Below, piece by piece: positions 1 to 13,032 of a stretch of DNA of 64,000 nucleotides. Source of the stretch: Camelus dromedarius (taxonomy: Eukaryota); assembly GCF_036321535.1 (NCBI RefSeq), contig NC_087437.1:84446001-84510000 (forward strand), given 5' to 3'. The position numbers were made by a program, and so were the translations under genes. Each line of letters begins with the position of its first letter. Position 1 is the first letter of the stretch. The notes below the pieces were generated by a model. That model saw nothing but the letters and a program-made list of their open reading frames with translations. It was not told the origin of the DNA and did no database searches.

Positions 1-1289
1 ACATTACAAGATAGATTGGGATATAACCTGTAAGTTTTTCAAACATTAAAATTCTATTGTCATAAGTCATTATATATAAAGGTTTGTGTATACTATAGAA
101 TAACTTATGTTCTATTTTGATCAAACTCCATTGTATTAACAATCAGTCCACTGTATCTATATGTCTATCTCTATGTTTATCTACTTATCTATATCTTGAC
201 TCAATATAGTTGAGTATTAGTATGATTCATAGATAAATATCAAAAAACTTCCTTTCATTCATTGATTTTGGTGGTTTTGCTTAGTAACCTGCTTACAAAA
301 TAAACACAATCAACGGAATGCATCTAGAGAAGTTTCCTTTCCTGAAGTGTGTACTATAAAAATATCCAGATAACTCTCAAAAACTTTTCAGATTTACAAA
401 GAACATTGTCATATTGAAGAGCTAGAGAAGTGCTGCGAAAAAAAAAAAAATTCTGTCTCTTTATTTTCAACACTTCTTGACCTTAAGTCTGTTTCAGAAT
501 TTCATGATCAATACCTATGGAACCCTTAGTTCAGATATTTGTTACCAGAGGTTGATTGTCATTATGAATTGATTGGAATATTATTGATTTTTTAAGTACA
601 TGAAGTCAGTTAAAATCATAATTTTGGATCTTAATGATGTAATTAAATTTTCAGTTTTATTTTAACCCTTTGATACATGAAAATATAATAAAGTGAGAGG
701 TGTTTGGACCAAGTGAAAATATTACAGAGGAATCATAGTCCTCAGAGTATAAAACTGTAAGTCATTAATGTACAGGGGAAAGTTATGTTAATGTAACAGC
801 ATAAATCATTGATATTTTGTGTACTCCAAAAACAGTGTGTTTTGAATTCATAAGCGGAGCATAGATGCATTTTAAGGTAAAATCAGTTGAAGCCCAGTTT
901 ATGAAATATATTATATGTTAAAGAGCTCTTAGAACTTTCAGTTTTGATAGATCTCCTTTTCCCTAGGTACTGATTTTCTTTCATTTCAGATGTAATTTAT
1001 AATTTTTTTAAATCAGAAAATTTTCATAGCAATATTTTGAGAATAGTAAGCCTCTCTTGTTGAAGATATTATAGTAACCTCAGCTAGGGCAGTGTCTTGG
1101 CAAAAACACATATTTTTCTTAAAACCAACAACTTCTTGTGGCAATTTGACCAGTAACTGGGGTCAGATCTCAACATGCTTCAGGATAACAAGTATAAATT
1201 TTGACCCAGGAGGACAAGGTTTAACCTCTGAAATAATAAATATCAAAAAACTAACTATATTATCATACTTAGTTCCATGACTTTAAATA

Positions 1290-1900
1290 TCCTATAAGCA
1301 TATAATTTTCAATTTTTTTTTTGTCCTGACCATCTATCCTTAGATCTAACTGTGTACTCACCATCTTCACTTGGATGTGTATCAGATTTCTCAAACTTAA
1401 CATGTCCAGTATAGACCTACTCATTTCATCCACTAAAACTGTTTCTCCTATAATCTTTATTACCCCTGTATGTGGGAACTTCTTTTTCCCAGTTGCCAAG
1501 GGAAAAAACAGAATAAAATTACCATATCCATTCTTGTCTCCTTTCCTTTATACTTTACCATTTTACCATTAATCATTTAGTATATCCTATCTGCATTACC
1601 TTCAGAATTAATCCAAAATCATACTACTTAGCACCGTGATCACTCCTACAGTCTTACTGCATATCACCAGCACTTGTTGCCTGAATTGCTGGAGAATTGT
1701 GCTAACTTGTTTCCACGCTTCCATCGTTTCTCCCTTTCAGTTTATTGCCAACTATACATTCTATAAAAATGTAAGATAAATCATATCTTTCTTCACATTT
1801 AAGCCATTAATTATTATTTTTTAAATCTCACTTAAGGCAAAAGACTAAGACCTTGAAATGGCTGTAATACTCTACACAATAGCCCTCTCCCTCTTCAGCC
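1290..1900 (+). mobile_element. LINE-2 (L2) fragment
   Basis: ttggatgtgtatcagatttctcaaacttaacatgtcc resembles the L2 ORF2 consensus (HLKLNMSKTEL); the ORF at 1375 reads FLKLNMSSIDLL. Boundaries approximate. Confidence 0.75.
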
Positions 1901-1929
1901 CTCAATTCCCACCACAGCCACACCTCCTC

Positions 1930-2136
1930 AGGGTTGCTAACTTAGCAAAAACAAAACAAAATCACAACAATAAAAACAGACTTTCAGTTAAATTTGATTT
2001 TCAGACAAACAAGTATTTTATATACACATATAAATATACATGTTCTGTGTAATATTTGGGATATACCAATATCAATTTTTTCCATTTATCTGAAATTAAA
2101 ATTTAAATAGATGTCTTTTATTTATTTGACAACCCT
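1930..2136. mobile_element. MER53-like hAT non-autonomous DNA transposon
   Basis: Terminal inverted repeats agggttgc...gacaaccct and internal inverted arms (ttaaatttgattttcaga / tctgaaattaaaatttaa) match the palindromic MER53 layout. Confidence 0.8.
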
Positions 2137-2899
2137 TTTCCATCCCACTTTTCCCCCCAAACACATTTATCTGACCTTCTCTCAATATTCTCTCCTTTGA
2201 TCACTTTACTGCATTACTATATCCACAATGGTTATGACGGGATTATTTTCTCCATAATCTGTGGATTTTATTGGATCATGTAATCCTCTAACAAACAGGA
2301 CCCTTAAGAAAAAAATCAAAATATTAGGATTTAGGGCAACTTTAGACTTCAGTGAAGTCTAAATGAAGAGATATATTTAGCCTCATGTAAAGTGGTATTT
2401 TCTAATATCACTAAAAGAGCACTTTCCTCCTGAGGACTGTCATCACCAACTGGCTGCAAGCTCAGAACTCTACAGCTAAGTAGGTTTGGACCAGCCAGAC
2501 TCTGTCTCAAAGAAGATAAATAGAAGCAAAAATATGGAGACAATAGAGATAACAGAATTTATGATTTGGGGCAGGGGAAGCACAATCTCCTGTTTCCATC
2601 CCAATTATTGTACTTCCCCTTGAATTTTTTCAGTAAATGTTAAAATGACTGTGGGAAAGATTATTAACACTGTAATTTGTTACTAGTAGATTCAGAGACA
2701 ATAAATCAACATGAGCTTTAGCTTTGGTTAAAGTATCATGAGATGGAATTAATATGTAATTGATACCAAATTTTGAAGTAAATATATTAGCCAACTTTAT
2801 TTAAAATTATATTGTGGAGTACAAAAATAAGCCAATTCCTTGCCTTGAGGAGAGACAAACTTCAGAATGCCGATTTATGCATAGAATTCTACATGGTAT

Positions 2900-3050
2900 C
2901 AGGCTGAGTCCCAGACTTCAAATTGCACGCTGCTTGGTTTGGTCCATTTCTTTATCCTACACATCCTTGCCAGTTTCTCCTGGGAGTACTTCCTTGATAA
3001 CACTTGTGTCTTAAACCTAGACTAGTCCTTTCTGAGAGAATCAGAATCAG
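2900..3050 (+). mobile_element. ERVL-type LTR fragment (LTR16-like)
   Basis: ctcctgggagtacttccttgataacacttg...ttctgagagaatcaga resembles the LTR16 3' end. Confidence 0.5.
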
Positions 3051-3071
3051 GAAGCACCACTTTAATTCTTG

Positions 3072-3924
3072 TTTTTTTTTTTAAAATATATTTTTATTGA
3101 AGTATAGTCAGTTTACAGTGTTGTGTCAATTTCTGGTGTATAGTAAAATACTTCAGTCATATAGGAACATACATATATTTGTTTTCATATTCTTTTAAAC
3201 CATAGGTTACTACAAGATATTGAATATAGTTTCCTGTGCTATACAGTATAAACCTGTTGTTTATGCATTTTATATATAATAGTTAATATTTGAAAGTCTT
3301 GAACTCACAGTTTTATCCTTCCCACCCTCTCCCCACTCTGGTAACCATAAGTTTGTTTTCTGTGTCTGTGAGTCTGTTTCTGTTTTGCAAATAAGTTTGT
3401 TGGTTTTTTTTTTCTTTTTAGAATCCACGTATAAGTGATATCATATGGTATTTTTCTTTCTCTTTCTGACTTACTTCATTTAGCATGATGATCTCCAGAT
3501 CCATCCATGTTGCTGCAAATGGCATTGTTTTATTATTTTTTATGGCTGAGTAGTATTCCATTGTATAAATATACCACAACTTCTTTATCCAGTCATCTGT
3601 CAATGTAACATTTAGGTTGTTTTCATGTCTTGGCTATTGTATATAGTGCTGCTATGAACATTAGGGTGTATGTATACTTTTGAATTAAGTTTCCCTCGGG
3701 ATATATGCCCAGGAGTGTGATTGCTGGATCATATGGTAGGTCTATTTTTAGTCTTTTGAGGAATCTTTTGAGTTTTCCATAATGGCTGCACCAAACTATG
3801 TTCCCAGCAACAGTGTAGGAGGGTTCCCTTTCCTCCACAGCCTCTCCAGCATTTATTGTTTGTGGAATTTTGAATGATGGCCATTGTGACTGGTGTAAGG
3901 TGATACCTCATTGTAGTTTTGATT
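3072..3924 (-). mobile_element. 5'-truncated lineage-specific LINE-1 (3' UTR and ORF2 C-terminus)
   Basis: Poly-T, then tttttattgaagtatagtcagtttaca. Minus ORFs 3418-3603 and 3623-3838 give L1 ORF2 C-terminal peptides ([32 protein letters not shown]). Confidence 0.95.
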
Positions 3925-4156
3925 AGTAATGATCATACCACATGTGATTTTAGCTATCCTTCCAGTTACATATATTAGACTTACTTAGCCCCCAGTATTT
4001 ATATTAAATTAAATATTTTGTTGGTATTGGGAAATGCTTTTATTTTCCAGCCTGCTGAGTTCCAGATTTTCTAGGCTTTCTATATTCTTTTTCAGTTTTG
4101 TTTGTAAACTGGCTATTTTTCCCCGAGCATGTTTTTTTCCCCAAATTTTTCAAATT

Positions 4157-4214
<58 letters not shown>
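4157..4214. repeat. (TTTA)n microsatellite
   Basis: Perfect tetranucleotide array seen directly. Confidence 0.97.
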
Positions 4215-4216
<2 letters not shown>

Positions 4217-4544
4217 AAATACAGCTCACAGGAGCCAGCTTATGTTTTCAGTGTTCTTCCTGGTAACCCTCTTTCCCAAGGCCACAAGATCAGGAGGCAT
4301 ATTTCCTATTTTCCAGTTTACTCCAGGTGATAGTTGTTACAAATGTTTGGCCATTACATAACACATCTCTGTTTTTCCAGTCTCTTTTAAAATTTTTTAA
4401 TCTAAGTTTTCAGTCTTTTGTAACTATTACTTCCCCCTCCATAGGCCCCACAAATAATGCTACACATTTTAAAATTTTGATGTGTAGTACCCCACTTCTG
4501 GATACCAGTTTTGTCACTGCCATCAATATTCTTAATAGTGCTTT

Positions 4545-4975
4545 TTAAAAAACAAACAACAACAAAAAAACACAACATTCTTAGCAACATAAAATAAAAA
4601 GCCTTTATTTCTCATTCATGTCTCTGTCGTTTCCTTGGGATAAGGCAGATATAAACTGTGATCAGGTGGGTTGTCTCCAAATCATGAGTTTCTGTCTTAG
4701 TTGTTGTTCTGTGACCAATGGACTTTCTAGGGTATGAACTCATGACAGTTTCCAAAGGAGCAGAAAGCAAGCAGAAACAGACATGTACATGTCAATCTTC
4801 TGTTTGATTTGTGTCCACGAACATGCCATTGGCCAAACAAATCATATGGCTGTATCAAATTAGCATGGAATATATGCTACGTCATGTCAGACTGGGTGAA
4901 CTGCAAAGTCACATGACAAAGGGCATGGATAAAAGAAGGAGTAAAGAAAGGGGAAAATAATTTAGACTACCATAG
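4545..4975. mobile_element. MaLR LTR (MLT1J/K-like)
   Basis: ccattggccaaacaaatcatatggc and gaactgcaaagtcacatgacaaagggcatggata are typical of old MLT1 LTRs. Confidence 0.7.
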
Positions 4976-7900
4976 CAGACTATATTGCTGAACTATGTTC
5001 AGCCTTGAGTGATAGAAAAAGGATGATTATTCAGTCCCTTGTGTTACAGAATTCTTTTAATAGGAGTACTGTAAAATTTATCCAGTTCCCAGAAAGACAT
5101 CACGCCTATGCCTATTCCAGCTATTGACATGGAAGACAGTGAGCAAGAGCTATTCTCCCAGAAAGCAAAACTAGAAGCTGTCAGACTGACTGACCAAGTA
5201 ATTCACCACACTGCCAGGGCAGAGTTCTTGCATTATTGTCTAGTTATAGTATGTGCTATGGCAAATAGACACTGTATATTCTATTTAACCCTTCTCATTT
5301 CCAAAGGTAAGTTATTAGTGAAGCAATTATTGCCATGGATTAGGGCAAATGTTGTAAGAAGATAAATTGTCATTTAACCGTAACCAGTAGGCCATAAAGA
5401 GGCTCCTGAAGAAGGCCTGACTAAGAAAATGGAATACCCCTGCAGACTCTGGACTTAAAACAGATAGGCATAGGTATTTGAAACTCAGTTTTTCTTTTTT
5501 GGAGAGGGAATGGATTTGTTTTATAGCTTAGGCATTTTTAAAGACAAATATATCTTCCTATGAATACCTTGATAGGTTTATGAGGTGTTTATAGATGTTG
5601 AGTAGACCCCTAAATTTTACCTTACCATTATACATTAACTAAGTGATTTGGGTAGAGTTAACCACACCCTCAACTTCAGAGTTGGGTCCTTGTTGATCTA
5701 AGTCACTTATGCTAATATCACTCACCTTGCCACATGCTAAGTTCAGAATAGGCATTGTCACAGAGAATTTAAGGTGGATCTCAGGTCAAACTGTACTTGA
5801 ACCCTGACCTACACCTAGTCTTTTTAGTTAGAAAAACTAGTGAACACCTTTATTTTTTAATACATTTGATTTTTTTTCCTTCAAAGCATTTAAAAATGAA
5901 TAAAAACAACTAAATGCTAAGTTTTTATGAATTATAAAATAAAATTATCTCTATTTATGAATTGAATAGTTTAGGGCAATGTGGAAAATGTGCCAAGAAC
6001 AGGAAAAATTAGTCTGTACTGGGTAGAATATGGATTGGCTAAAATCTCAAGTGGAATGCTAGCTGCACAGATGTGGTCCTTTGTGTTCAAATATAGCCTG
6101 TGATTGATATTATTAATTATGATGAGATATTGACATGAAATGAGGAAGTGAACAGCAAATTCAATCAGCACAGCAGCTGACCAGGAATTGAGAGACATAA
6201 GGAAATGTCAGGGAAGCTTTGGGGAAGGCTCATATCTCCACTATACATAAGCCAAACTCCCTACTAGGTCGTGAAATCAGAGCCAAATGGCAGCTAGCTA
6301 CAGACATACGTTATTTAGTGTAAATTATTAATAGAAGAGAGTGTCTAGTCTGTGTGGGGTGACTAGGAAATAGTCTTTGTGGTACTGTTTGATGTGGTAC
6401 TGGTTATTTAGTCCTTGAATCAGCATGTTATTTCCCTCACTATTCATTAGTAGAGTCCAGGTCTGAACAGAGTCAACACTTTAAATGTTTATTAGGTCCT
6501 ATATATTCTCTAGAAGACATTCCTGCTTCAGACTTTTCTATTGACAATAAATTTGTCTAATTCACAAATCATTAATATAGAAATAAAATGTAGTACTTAT
6601 ATCTTATAAAATATCCTTAGGCAAATGAGCTACTTAAATACAGATTTTTATTTGTTTTCATAGTTTATGGATTATTTTAGTTTTTTTCTTTATTTTATTC
6701 ATTTTTTTTTCTGGCTATTGAATGACTTACATGAAGGGAAACACAAAATAATTTAAATAAATTAACTCTAACCACAGACCTTTTCAAGTTAACTAATTTT
6801 AGCATATCAGAAACTGTGGCCAAATTGTGGTATAGGCCTTCTTAGGTTTGCCATGACATGATCTAAAGTGCAGTTTTTTAACCCTGACTCTTAATCTATG
6901 GGTGTATGTTACTCCAGGGACCAATCAGTGCTTTGTTACTTAATCGTAGTTCTAAATGTGGTGTTAGATTGCTTTCCTGCTGCCGGATCCTGTTCACTGC
7001 TTTTCAATAGTCTTTTATCATGCAGAGTTCATAGGAAGCAGACGGGCTAATGAGATTACTAATTTTTCAATGTGAAGGAAAATATTTTCTTGATATTTAG
7101 GTTGTTATATCTAAGTAACATCATCCTAAAATCTGTTCTCCACTTAAAAAAAAAAAGCTTTGTTAAATTTCTGACATGAGTATTAAATAAGAACGATAAC
7201 TATTATTTAGTGTCCTAGATTCAAAAATCATAGGCCACATATTTCAGGTATAGAAAAATGTGACAATGTTTTTAGGGAAAATATCTAATTTTGGTCAATT
7301 CCAGGTAAACTTGATCGTTTCAGATGTATGCTGTGTCAGTTTAGTATATTTTCCTTTACTTCCAATAACCAGATTGGTTTTTAATCTATTGGTATGATAG
7401 CTTCATGGCCTTACTTTGGTGAGAGGTTCAATTATTAACCATGCTTGCAGTTCTAGCTAGCATGCAATAAGATGCCTCTGTTTTCAACCAGCCCCTGAAT
7501 ATATGGCTGGGACGAACCAAACCCCTCTTGGCCCTTTTCCTTGTCATAATTGTGAGATTCTTTAGGGCTGTCGGCATTTTATTCCTTTCAACTTACATTC
7601 ATACTTTCCTCCAAAAATCAGAGACATTTGACACCTCTAAAACTACTTTGTGTTCCTAGGATGTTCACTAGGACAGCCTCTCCCTGCTGCTGCCTCAACA
7701 TTCCAAATAGTGTGCACATGAGAAGTTTTTACTGCCCCTGTGATGGCCCGAGGACTATAGTGAAACTGTTGCCTCCCTAGGGTCCAGATGGGAAGCAGGC
7801 ATTGGTTCCCTTTAATCTCAGATTCCCAAAGAGTTTAGCTGATCCCTGTCACTTTGCCCTCCAACTTCTCCTGTCCAATCTCAGTGTAAGTCTTTTCTTT

Positions 7901-8378
7901 CAGATGAGAAACACTGGCACAGTAAGCATTCTTCTAAAACTTTCTGTCTTACAGCTGAGCTTTTCATGTTAAGTATGATAATTTGATGACTTTGCTTTCG
8001 TCTACTATGCCAAATCCTATTTAGAACAATAGATATTGTGGCCTGGATTGGGAAGGCATCAGTGGACAGGCCTTGTTAGGGAAAGAGCCATAAGTACTTC
8101 ACAAAATGATATGGTCTGGAGTGCTTCCTGTATACAGGCACTGTGCTGACCATTTTGTATCCATTCCCTAACTTAGTCTTCACAACCACATTCTGTGCAT
8201 TAAGAGGATGTGATCTCTGGTTGATCTGTGAGCAGGATCCAGACAATCAGAGTTTCTCTCCTCTTCTGTCCTTGGGATGTACGTTCTTGCACTTTTTCAT
8301 GCTAGGAGCCACTCCACAAATGCAGCCTTGAGAGAGTAAAATGGTGTGACGATCTGGATGGTATATGTGATTGAACTT

Positions 8379-8587
8379 TGTTACGGTCTCTACATAATGT
8401 TTTAAGATTATGGCAGGTGGAGACAGAGATCTAGTCACTAGCAGCCACCAAAGAAAAGCCTCATATGTAAGTTCCCTTGCTCATTAAAACTGCCACTTAC
8501 CCATCTGGGATGGTCTACCTCTTCTGTCTTTTGTTGCACTCCTTGTATGAAGACCAGTTTCAGATTACACTTGAAAAACTCCCAACA
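8379..8587 (+). mobile_element. 5' LTR of an ERVL-class provirus (family resemblance to MER54/LTR53 unverified)
   Basis: tg...ca bounded segment with gtaagttcccttgctcattaaaactgccac (ATTAAA signal), followed immediately by a PBS-like sequence. Confidence 0.65.
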
Positions 8588-8589
8588 AT

Positions 8590-8607
8590 TGGCAAGCCAC
8601 ACAGGGG
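8590..8607 (+). other. Degenerate retroviral primer-binding site (tRNA-Arg(ACG)-like)
   Basis: tggcaagccacacagggg matches 14/18 to the recalled tggcgagccagccaggag and lies 2 nt after the LTR terminal ca. Confidence 0.55.
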
Positions 8608-11050
8608 ACCAGAGAAATAGTTCTTGGGAAAGAGGTCCACAGGGGAGGTCCACAGGTGAAATCCCAAGTTGTCCATTGACCTCTGTGTGTGGAAGGGTGA
8701 CCTGTATGTTGGGTGCTTGTGGACTGCCACCTGAGTACAAGAACACCTCAGGTTTAATGTGTCTGTGGAACTATCATAGGGCGCTGTAGCAGAGAAGAGA
8801 AATGCACGGCTGCCGCAGCGGGCTGGACTCCACCTGGGGCAGGTCGGCTCACCACTGATGCCCAGCTAGAGCCTGAAGCTCCAGTTGGAAGAAGAGCTGA
8901 GGTTAGAAAAGGACTGCTCTGCAAGCTTCAGGTCTGGCAGACAAGGTAGGAAAGCAGGATAAGTTGGAGAACTTAGTGTGTTTTACAAAGCTGAGAAGGT
9001 GCAAGACTACATGAATTAAGGTCTGAACACTCGTGGCAAAGCCTGATTGAGATGCTAAGAGGTGAAATCCTTGGGAAAGTAAAGAGACTTAAGAGAAGGA
9101 TGTTACGGTGATTAAGAGAGAAACAGATGAAGTGCCCCATGTCCTTAGAACCCTAATATGAAGAAAAGCAAAAGCACACCAACAACAACCCCAGCCAGTG
9201 GAGAAACCCCCAACTCAGGAAACATTTATGATGAAAGAATATATGCACACTGGGCTTGTTGATGTATTTGTCCCTTCAGTTGATACAACAGACTGGGTAC
9301 GTAAGAATAGCCACCACCATAGTGCCCAGATGGGATGAAATATTGCCAAAGAAAGCCAGATTGCCCTTGAAATACAGTGACTTGGTCGATGCGGTAAAAA
9401 CAGGTTCTGTGTGCTCAAACACACATTGCCTAAGGAGCCTGGGGCCATCCACCAGAGTTCCCAACTGGTAAAGGAATTGGCAGATTTATTACACCCTTCC
9501 AATTGAGTGTTCTAAATATGTCTTAATGTGCATAAGCACCTTGTTTAGCCTAACCCAAACTTTCCCCTCTTGCCATGCAAAACAGACTCCCACCATGAGG
9601 GAATTAAAGAAGCTGAATACCATGTACGGATTCTCTTGTCAGATAGAAGTGATCAGGGGTCACATCGCTATATGCAACACTAGGTGAAAGAACATGACAT
9701 TGAATGGAGGTTCCATCTACCCCACAACCTGCAAGCAGCAAGGTTGGTAGAAAGGAATAATGGAATATTAAAGCAGCAATTTAAATTACTAACGAGAAAA
9801 ACCACCTTGACCAGGCGGATTAAAGTACAAACCCCGGGCTTTAATACATTTGAATGATCAACAGATAGGGCCTGTTATCCCAGATACCAGACTGGGAACC
9901 CCTGTCAAGACATCCAATGCTGTAAAGATAAGGGGAATCTTGAGGCCTTGGGAGATAGCAGTTGCCCTGACTCTCACTGTGGATCACTGTGCTATGTTCC
10001 TGAGAACACCGAATTCCATCACAAAGGCATTTTCTACTGGAATTTGCAATGGGATGTCCCACCAGGATGGCTGAGTTACTTCAAACCCCTCAGTGAAGGG
10101 GAACTACCCAGTCTCTGCTGTGATCCCATTGTTCTGCTGCCAAGCTGAACCTGTTGAAATGCACTGTGCCTGGAATGCAACATCATCATTGAGATGGGAG
10201 AGAGGGTGGGTGTCCTGGTCTGAAATTCTGCCCCAAGTCTATCTCTGTGTGCCTGACAGTGCTGCTTCCCCTGATTAATATGTATGGTATGCACAACCAT
10301 GTCAGATTCCCAAAGCTACAGCTACATTAACATCTAAGGATTGAGCCACAAGTGTTATTCTTATAGGAGAAGATCTTCTCATATGTCTTCCTGCTAGCTG
10401 TCTGTCTTTTTGACCTTCGATTTCTGCTGCTTCTATGATTTCTGGTCGCAGGATGAGCAGCTTATGGAAATACCTTTCTATGGTGAGCCCACTTGTATGC
10501 CCAGCAGAGGAGTCAATCCAGTTGTTGGATATGTAGCCAACTGCCTCTTTCTAGGTCATCAGGATTGCCGTGATGGGTATCACTATTCCAGGGAGGGAAC
10601 TGGAAGGCCCTGTATTACATTAAGGAAGAACAAGCTAGGACTAGTGCTCTTACCATCTGATATTACCAATACTGGTCCAGAAAACTGGCCTGTGGCACAC
10701 GCTATTCATAACACTGGGCGCAGGTATTCTTTTTCTGTCAATCAAACTACAAAGGCAGCTGGTCAAACTGCTGAAAAAACACCACCATCAGAGCCATGAG
10801 TGTCTACACTCAGAGTTGGGGTGGGTTCACTAAGCTTATCTCTGGTTCAGGACATTTGAGCACTCATGTACCCTGATGTTGGGAACAGAAAAATCACTCT
10901 GAACAGAACCAACCCAGATATACCAGGGATATGGAATGAATACCACCGGAACTCTGTAGTCATTCTGTCAAGTTAAAGGATACTGTAGCATTTCTAAGAA
11001 GTCACATCCTGAAAACCCTACTCTTTACTACAGGGATTCTTTACAAGGGA
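8608..11050 (+). mobile_element. Decayed class III ERV internal region: integrase and env remnants, no clear 3' LTR
   Basis: Integrase motifs: WQIYYTLP (~9478), SDQGS (9648), KEHDIEWRFHLPHNLQAARLVERNNGILKQQF (9687-9782). Env SU N-terminus with CWIC at 10523-10534. Multiple stops and frameshifts. Confidence 0.85.
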
Positions 11051-12304
11051 GAATACAATGGCAGGTAAATAGACTTGACTGGAACAAATTGATGGCATAA
11101 GCTAAATTAGCTGATATTTCCCTCAATATTAGTCACAAAATATATTCTAGAAATATATTGGTAGGAAGAAATGAATGCAGTAAAGGCAAAAGCATCCTCT
11201 TAATTTCCATTAATGATATAACCAGGAAAGGAGTTCAGCAAATTAGCAATTATCAAGAAAAATTTTCTGCAAATTCTTTGATTTCCTCTGGTGATTGCTT
11301 TAATCATAGGATATGGTAATATTTACACTGTGGTAAATTCACCAGTGAGAATTATTTTTGGTATTTATAAAACTACCTCTACTCTACACATTCAGAAACT
11401 CACAGTTCTTTCTGAAATAATGTAATGTATGCAGTGTCTGTTGTATTTTACATAGAAATACTACAAATAATATTCATTGGTGCTGTCTCTTGGAATAGTG
11501 ATGAGTCAGGTTATCAGATGAATCTAAGATTATTTATTGAGTCTTAAACCAGTTTAAAATCATAATCATAGATGTTTTAACTAAATGAATAATAATTTAT
11601 AATATGACTGGTAATGGTGACAAAAAAAATTCTGAAATTAAGCACCCTTGTGGATAAGCTTGTTCTCCTCTTTTTCCTCATGCTTTCCTACCATTAAGCT
11701 TTAGCTATGAAGCTGAAGTCAGGGAGGGGAACTTACCTCTTTTATTTATAATGGATTTTGAAGAGAAGGAAGATGTGACAGAAAAGGAAAAAAAGGCACA
11801 TGTGTTAAGTAATTTGAGAACTATGACTTGTCTTTTGCCTTTATTCACATTTTGGACTCTTGGAAAATACGACATTTTTGAGTTTCCCCACCAATATCCC
11901 AATTCAGCGTGAGGGATGTCTGCATCAACATTTTGGCTTTGAACCATGGGTAGGCAGAAGGAGAGAAGGAGTTTAATGTCAATAGATTTCTGGAGTAAGG
12001 TTGAACATGGGAAGAAACCTGAGTTAAATATCAACAGGCCTTCCTTTCGGCCTAACATGGCAAGTAGTGAGGTGACTCTGTGATAGAGGCTGTGAAAGTT
12101 TCCATAGTGAGCCTTGGCCCAGAGCTGGACTGAACCTGAGTCATGTGGGGATCAACTTCAGGCACTGGACATGTTTTGAAAGAACACATCATTAAGTGAA
12201 CTTTCAGCTTGGGCCACGGATATTAGCAAAGCAAGCTGAGTTCCAGTGGAAAAGCTGTTAACAAAATGTTAATAGGACCCACGCTTACGTAGAAGGAGCT
12301 TTAT

Positions 12305-12465
12305 ATTATATACTCTGCTTTATTTAGTCTTTATGTCAATCCTAAGATATGGGTACTATTATTATTTCCATTTGACCGATGACAAACTTGAGCCTTAGAA
12401 AGGCTGATTTAAGTAAATTAATCAAATTCACACAGCTAGTAAGAAAAGGCCAAGGTTTGAACTCT
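12305..12465 (-). mobile_element. MIR SINE
   Basis: attatttccatttgaccgatgacaaacttgagc...cacacagctagtaag...tttgaactc is the reverse complement of the MIR core. Confidence 0.8.
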
Positions 12466-12867
12466 TGTGAATAATGTAACTAAACTTTCATTCTCCTTAA
12501 ATTCAATTAAATGAGTAGGTTGGAGTGGGGAGGAGAGGAGGAGAGACAGACAAAGGTGAAATTGACATTGTTTTATTTATACTTACAGAGTTGAATATTC
12601 TTTTTAGTTTAAGAAAATTGAGTTTATAATATATATTCTGATTTCATCTTTAAAAACTTAATGATTATTATATTAGATTTAAGTAATGTGTTCTATTAAA
12701 CATAATTATAATCTGCTAATTGTGTATCTTAAATTTTAAGATACTTTAAATTACAAATTGACCTAAAACTTGTGGCATCCATATACTCTTAAATTTTCAA
12801 AACAAGGCTTATACAAACTTTGCTACCACAGTCTATCAGACTGTATTTAAATAAAATCAGCCAAAAT

Positions 12868-13032
12868 TCTTTTTTTAATTGAAGTATAGTCAGTTTACAA
12901 TGTTCTGTCAATTTCTGGTGTACAGCATAATAGTTCAGTCATGCATATACGTAAGTTTATACTGTATAGCACAGGGAACTATATTCAAAATCTTGTAGTA
13001 ACCTATATGAAAAAGAATATGAAAACAAAATA
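12868..13032 (-). mobile_element. Very short L1 3' end with 5' inversion
   Basis: 12868-12953 is an antisense L1 terminus (poly-T, gaagtatagtcagtttacaatg). 12954-13032 is the adjacent upstream L1 3' UTR in sense orientation (actgtatagcacagggaactatattc). Confidence 0.85.

Noticed and set aside
4034..4361. ORFs with (FIYL)n repeats
   Set aside because: They are translations of the (TTTA)n microsatellite.
7904..7921. 18 nt micro-exon (MRNTGT) with good splice sites
   Set aside because: The sequence resembles the MIR core (cagatgaggaaactgaggcacag); probably a repeat remnant.
10410..10799. 129 aa ORF as a functional captured env (syncytin-like) gene
   Set aside because: The env-like CWIC frame is a different, stop-interrupted frame, and no TM subunit was recognised.
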